64,000 bases of DNA from the human T2T-CHM13v2.0 reference genome, Homo sapiens, in the NCBI RefSeq assembly GCF_009914755.1, contig NC_060944.1, one strand, 5' to 3'. A program made the position numbers and the translations under genes. This document shows positions 60,178 to 64,000 of the stretch, in pieces (position 1 is the first letter of the stretch; every line of letters starts with the position of its first letter). The notes beneath the pieces were generated by a model that had not been told where the DNA came from, searched no databases, and saw only the letters and a program-made list of their open reading frames with translations.

Positions 60178-60479
60178 TTGTTGTTGTTGCTGTTTTGAGA
60201 TGGAGTCCCACTCTGTCTCCCAGGCTGAAGTACAGCGATATGATCTCGGCTAACTGCAACCCCTGCCTCCTGAGTTCAAGTGATTCTCCTGCCTCAGCCT
60301 CCCGAGTAGCTGGGATTACAGGCACCCCCCCACCACACCTGGGTAATTTTTGTATTTTTAGTAGAGATGGAGTTTCAACATGTTGGCCAGGCTAGTCTCG
60401 AACTCCTGACCTCAAGTGATCCATCCACCTCAGCCTCCCAAAGTGCTGGGATTACAGGCATGAGCCACTGTGCCCAGCC
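60178..60479 (-). mobile_element. AluS (Sx/Sz-like)
   Basis: Full dimer with (GTT)n tail; TSD ttag(t/c)aatagttt. Confidence 0.94.
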
Positions 60480-60496
60480 TTAGCAATAGTTTTTAA

Positions 60497-60817
<321 letters not shown>

Positions 60818-61401
60818 CACATTAATATTTTAAGTAAAAACTCTGTATTAATGACTTATTTCAATTGTACTCTTCTCTCAGCTATCCCTCAAACTACTAT
60901 ATTTCCAGTTCCTTGATGTAGCTTCAGAGTTGCTCATTCCACTCCCAAAATTATCCTAAAGAAATAATTCCATTTCTTCTTCCAGAAGAACAAAAGAGGG
61001 AGGGGTGGGGAAACTAGTTGCCTGAGATGCAAATAAACAATATTTATAAAGAAAAATAATACATAAAACACTTCAGTAGAATGCAATCCTTTTCATAGAA
61101 TGCAGCAAGGCATAAAAAATTAAAAATATATAATAAGACAATATTTAAGGTAAACTGAGAAACTATCATATATAATTATGCAGGTTACATAGCAACATGG
61201 AAAAATGCTTACAATGACATGGGAACAATACAAACTTGTATAATTCTAGCCATATAAAATTATGCATGCATGTGATCAAAAAGTAGGAAAAAAGAAAATC
61301 CAAGAATTTTCTAGAGTATTAGAATTCCCTTTTTAAAAAATTTAAACTTTCTATTTCACTGTTGGCTGTACAATACTTTTATAATAAATTTATCAGGAGC
61401 C

Positions 61402-61807
<406 letters not shown>

Positions 61808-62044
61808 CTATTTAAGTTCATAAACAACCAAAAAGTAAAGATAATGAGATTCATGTTATTAAAAGTGCCTAACATTTGTGGAAAGCAAAAAGGACTTTGT
61901 TCAGCAACTGCCCATGAACTTTGGGTAAAAGCAAAACTAAATTTCTGGAGTCTATTTTGCTTTTCACCTTATTTGATCTCACTTAACATCACTCATGCCA
62001 AGTTGAGTTTTTTTCCTCTTCTTTTCCCTTCTCCTCAAGTTCAT

Positions 62045-62049
<5 letters not shown>

Positions 62050-62079
<30 letters not shown>
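62050..62079 (+). repeat. Poly-A (A30)
   Basis: 30 uninterrupted A. Confidence 0.95.
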
Positions 62080-62085
<6 letters not shown>

Positions 62086-62419
62086 GCAGCTCTGTTACAG
62101 TCCTCACTGTTCTCCCAGCAATACTATGTATGAAATGCGGCTTTCTGGAATGGGCCACAGAGAAAGTAAGATAAGAGAAATATCCAAATACTACCTGTCA
62201 CCACAGGGATCACCAGGACTGAGTTGACTTAGGGCCAAGAGATCTGAGCTCAAGTTTTCCACATCTATAACATGGAAATAATACTACTTGCCCCAAAAGG
62301 TGATGTCACAAGAAAGTCCCTAGCACATGGTGATGCTCAAGAAATGCTCATCTCATCCTTTTTTCCCCACCTTCTGCCACACACGTGCACATGAGCTCTG
62401 CCCATTCTAAAACTACAGG

Positions 62420-62917
62420 GGTCCTTAAGTCTACTATTTCCCAGATGCCCACTCCAACTTTCTCTACCCTGCTCTCTGTCTTGGCAGGCTAATCATTATG
62501 AATCACATCAACAGGTCCCTATGACCTTGACCTCTGATTGGGTTTAGCCAATGCTAAGTCCCAGAAAGAGATCGGGGGAGGAAGGGAGAAGCGAGGGAGG
62601 GAATAAAGTTGAGAATTCATTCTACTTGTGGCGTATGCATCCCTCAACCAAAATTCACTGCTCCTCTCAAGGTAGCCTCTTGACACTTGATAATGACAAT
62701 CTCTTCTGGCTCCTGATAACTACTTTCATCCATTTTCATCCATTTGTCTCTTTGGAGCTAGGGGTAGTAACAGCTCCACCATCACTATAAACCCTGGTTC
62801 CTGCACTATCCCTTATGGTTTTCTCTACATCCTGCCCATACCTCTTGAAGTAAACTCTCTTGGAATTATCCTAAGTTGAGAATGCCAACTTTTCCTGTTG
62901 GGACTCTGACAGATAAA
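62420..62917 (+). mobile_element. LTR33-like (ERVL) solo LTR
   Basis: ccctgctctctgtc...gattgggtttagccaatg...gagatcgggggagg; end tgcca...ttcctgttgggactctgacagata. Confidence 0.75.
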
Positions 62918-64000
62918 GTTCTGTCTATAGAATTCCAGAATCATTTATATCTTGAATCAACACAAGGAGAATGGCAGTTCTGGGGTTTCAGATTGAGATG
63001 CACATGCAGGCAGGATCTGATAATTCTAAAATACTCCCAAGTATTGATGATTCAAAACTCCCAAGGCTAGCCTGTGTTCCCCCAATAGGCCTGAGTTGGT
63101 CCCACAGCTGAGCCATTCTCCTCAGACCCCAGAGGAATAACATCAGCTTCTAAACCCTTGGGACCCTGTGAATTGACAAGAAGTTCTAGGCACCCCCATG
63201 TTTTAAATCGTCAGTCCAGCCTCAGTCAGTGAGTCCCAGTTTTATCTCAAACTAATAAAGGTGTCCAAATTACCAATCTCTCAGAGACTGGGGGAAGGGG
63301 AAACATAGCAGCCTCGCAAACATCCCATCTTTCCTATTGTGCCATGGTTTCATGTGGAGTTAGAAAATAGAGCACAAGAATGGACTCTCCAAAACCAAAG
63401 GGTTGTGTTAGCCTCGGATGGAGTGGGAAAGAATATGAAGTAACCCCCCTACACACACCTTTCTCTCCTTTCCAATTCCCAGAGCAAGTGAGGAAATGGG
63501 GAGCTAGTTACCCAGGGTAAGTAAGTATGTAAGGCAGAGCCAGGACTGAATAAAGGCAACTGACTGCCAGTCCAACTTTAATGACAACGGCCATATTTTC
63601 TCCCATTTGGTCTGTGCTGTCCAGGTGTCCAAAGGCGAGTTAAAGGAAACACCCCTCAGTTGAGTCCTAGCCCACCATAATGTGTCAGACTTTTACTGGT
63701 TTAAGATGCACTTACAAGGTCTAGAGTGGCCCTAGTCATCCTAAGACTGAAGAACTCACAGAAGTTTCATCTATTTCTATTGAGTCTAAAGATATAGAGC
63801 TAAGGACAGCCTTAGCTGTCAGCACCCGCCATGTGCAGAGGGCTCTTCCAGATGCCCTGGTGAGTTAAAAAGAGTCATCCAATTCTTTTTTTTTTTATTT
63901 ATATTTTAAGAAGACCAGAGAAGTAAATACAAAGTACAAGAGAAAGTAACTGTACACAGAGCATTACCCAGCAGGAAGGCATTAAAGCAGCAGCATAGTG

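Overview
Primate, most likely human, non-coding genomic DNA (intronic or intergenic). It is CpG-depleted and dominated by interspersed repeats. I count about 27 dimeric Alus (J, S and Y types) plus about 9 Alu monomers or fragments. Other repeats are a 2.5-kb 5'-truncated L1PA4-like insertion with its target-site duplication (TSD), older L1 remnants (L1MA/L1MB/L1MC/L1ME/L1PB), L2, MIR, hAT MITEs (MER20, MER5), solo LTRs (MLT1, THE1D, LTR33), a probable MamSINE1 and a full-length 7SL (SRP RNA) retropseudogene. I recognise no host protein-coding exon. The only ORFs with recognisable homology are broken L1 ORF2 pieces and Alu translations, and I cannot name the locus. I found no evidence of a novel multi-gene biological system. 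The observations most worth following up are small-scale: a perfect steroid-receptor palindrome in a repeat-free block, a trimeric chimeric Alu sharing rare variants with an inverted neighbour, two 7SL-family insertions carrying extra 3' sequence, several hairpin-plus-duplication scars, an unexplained 21-bp direct repeat and a few candidate non-coding exons. Repeat subfamily names come from remembered consensus features, and boundaries of old repeats are approximate.
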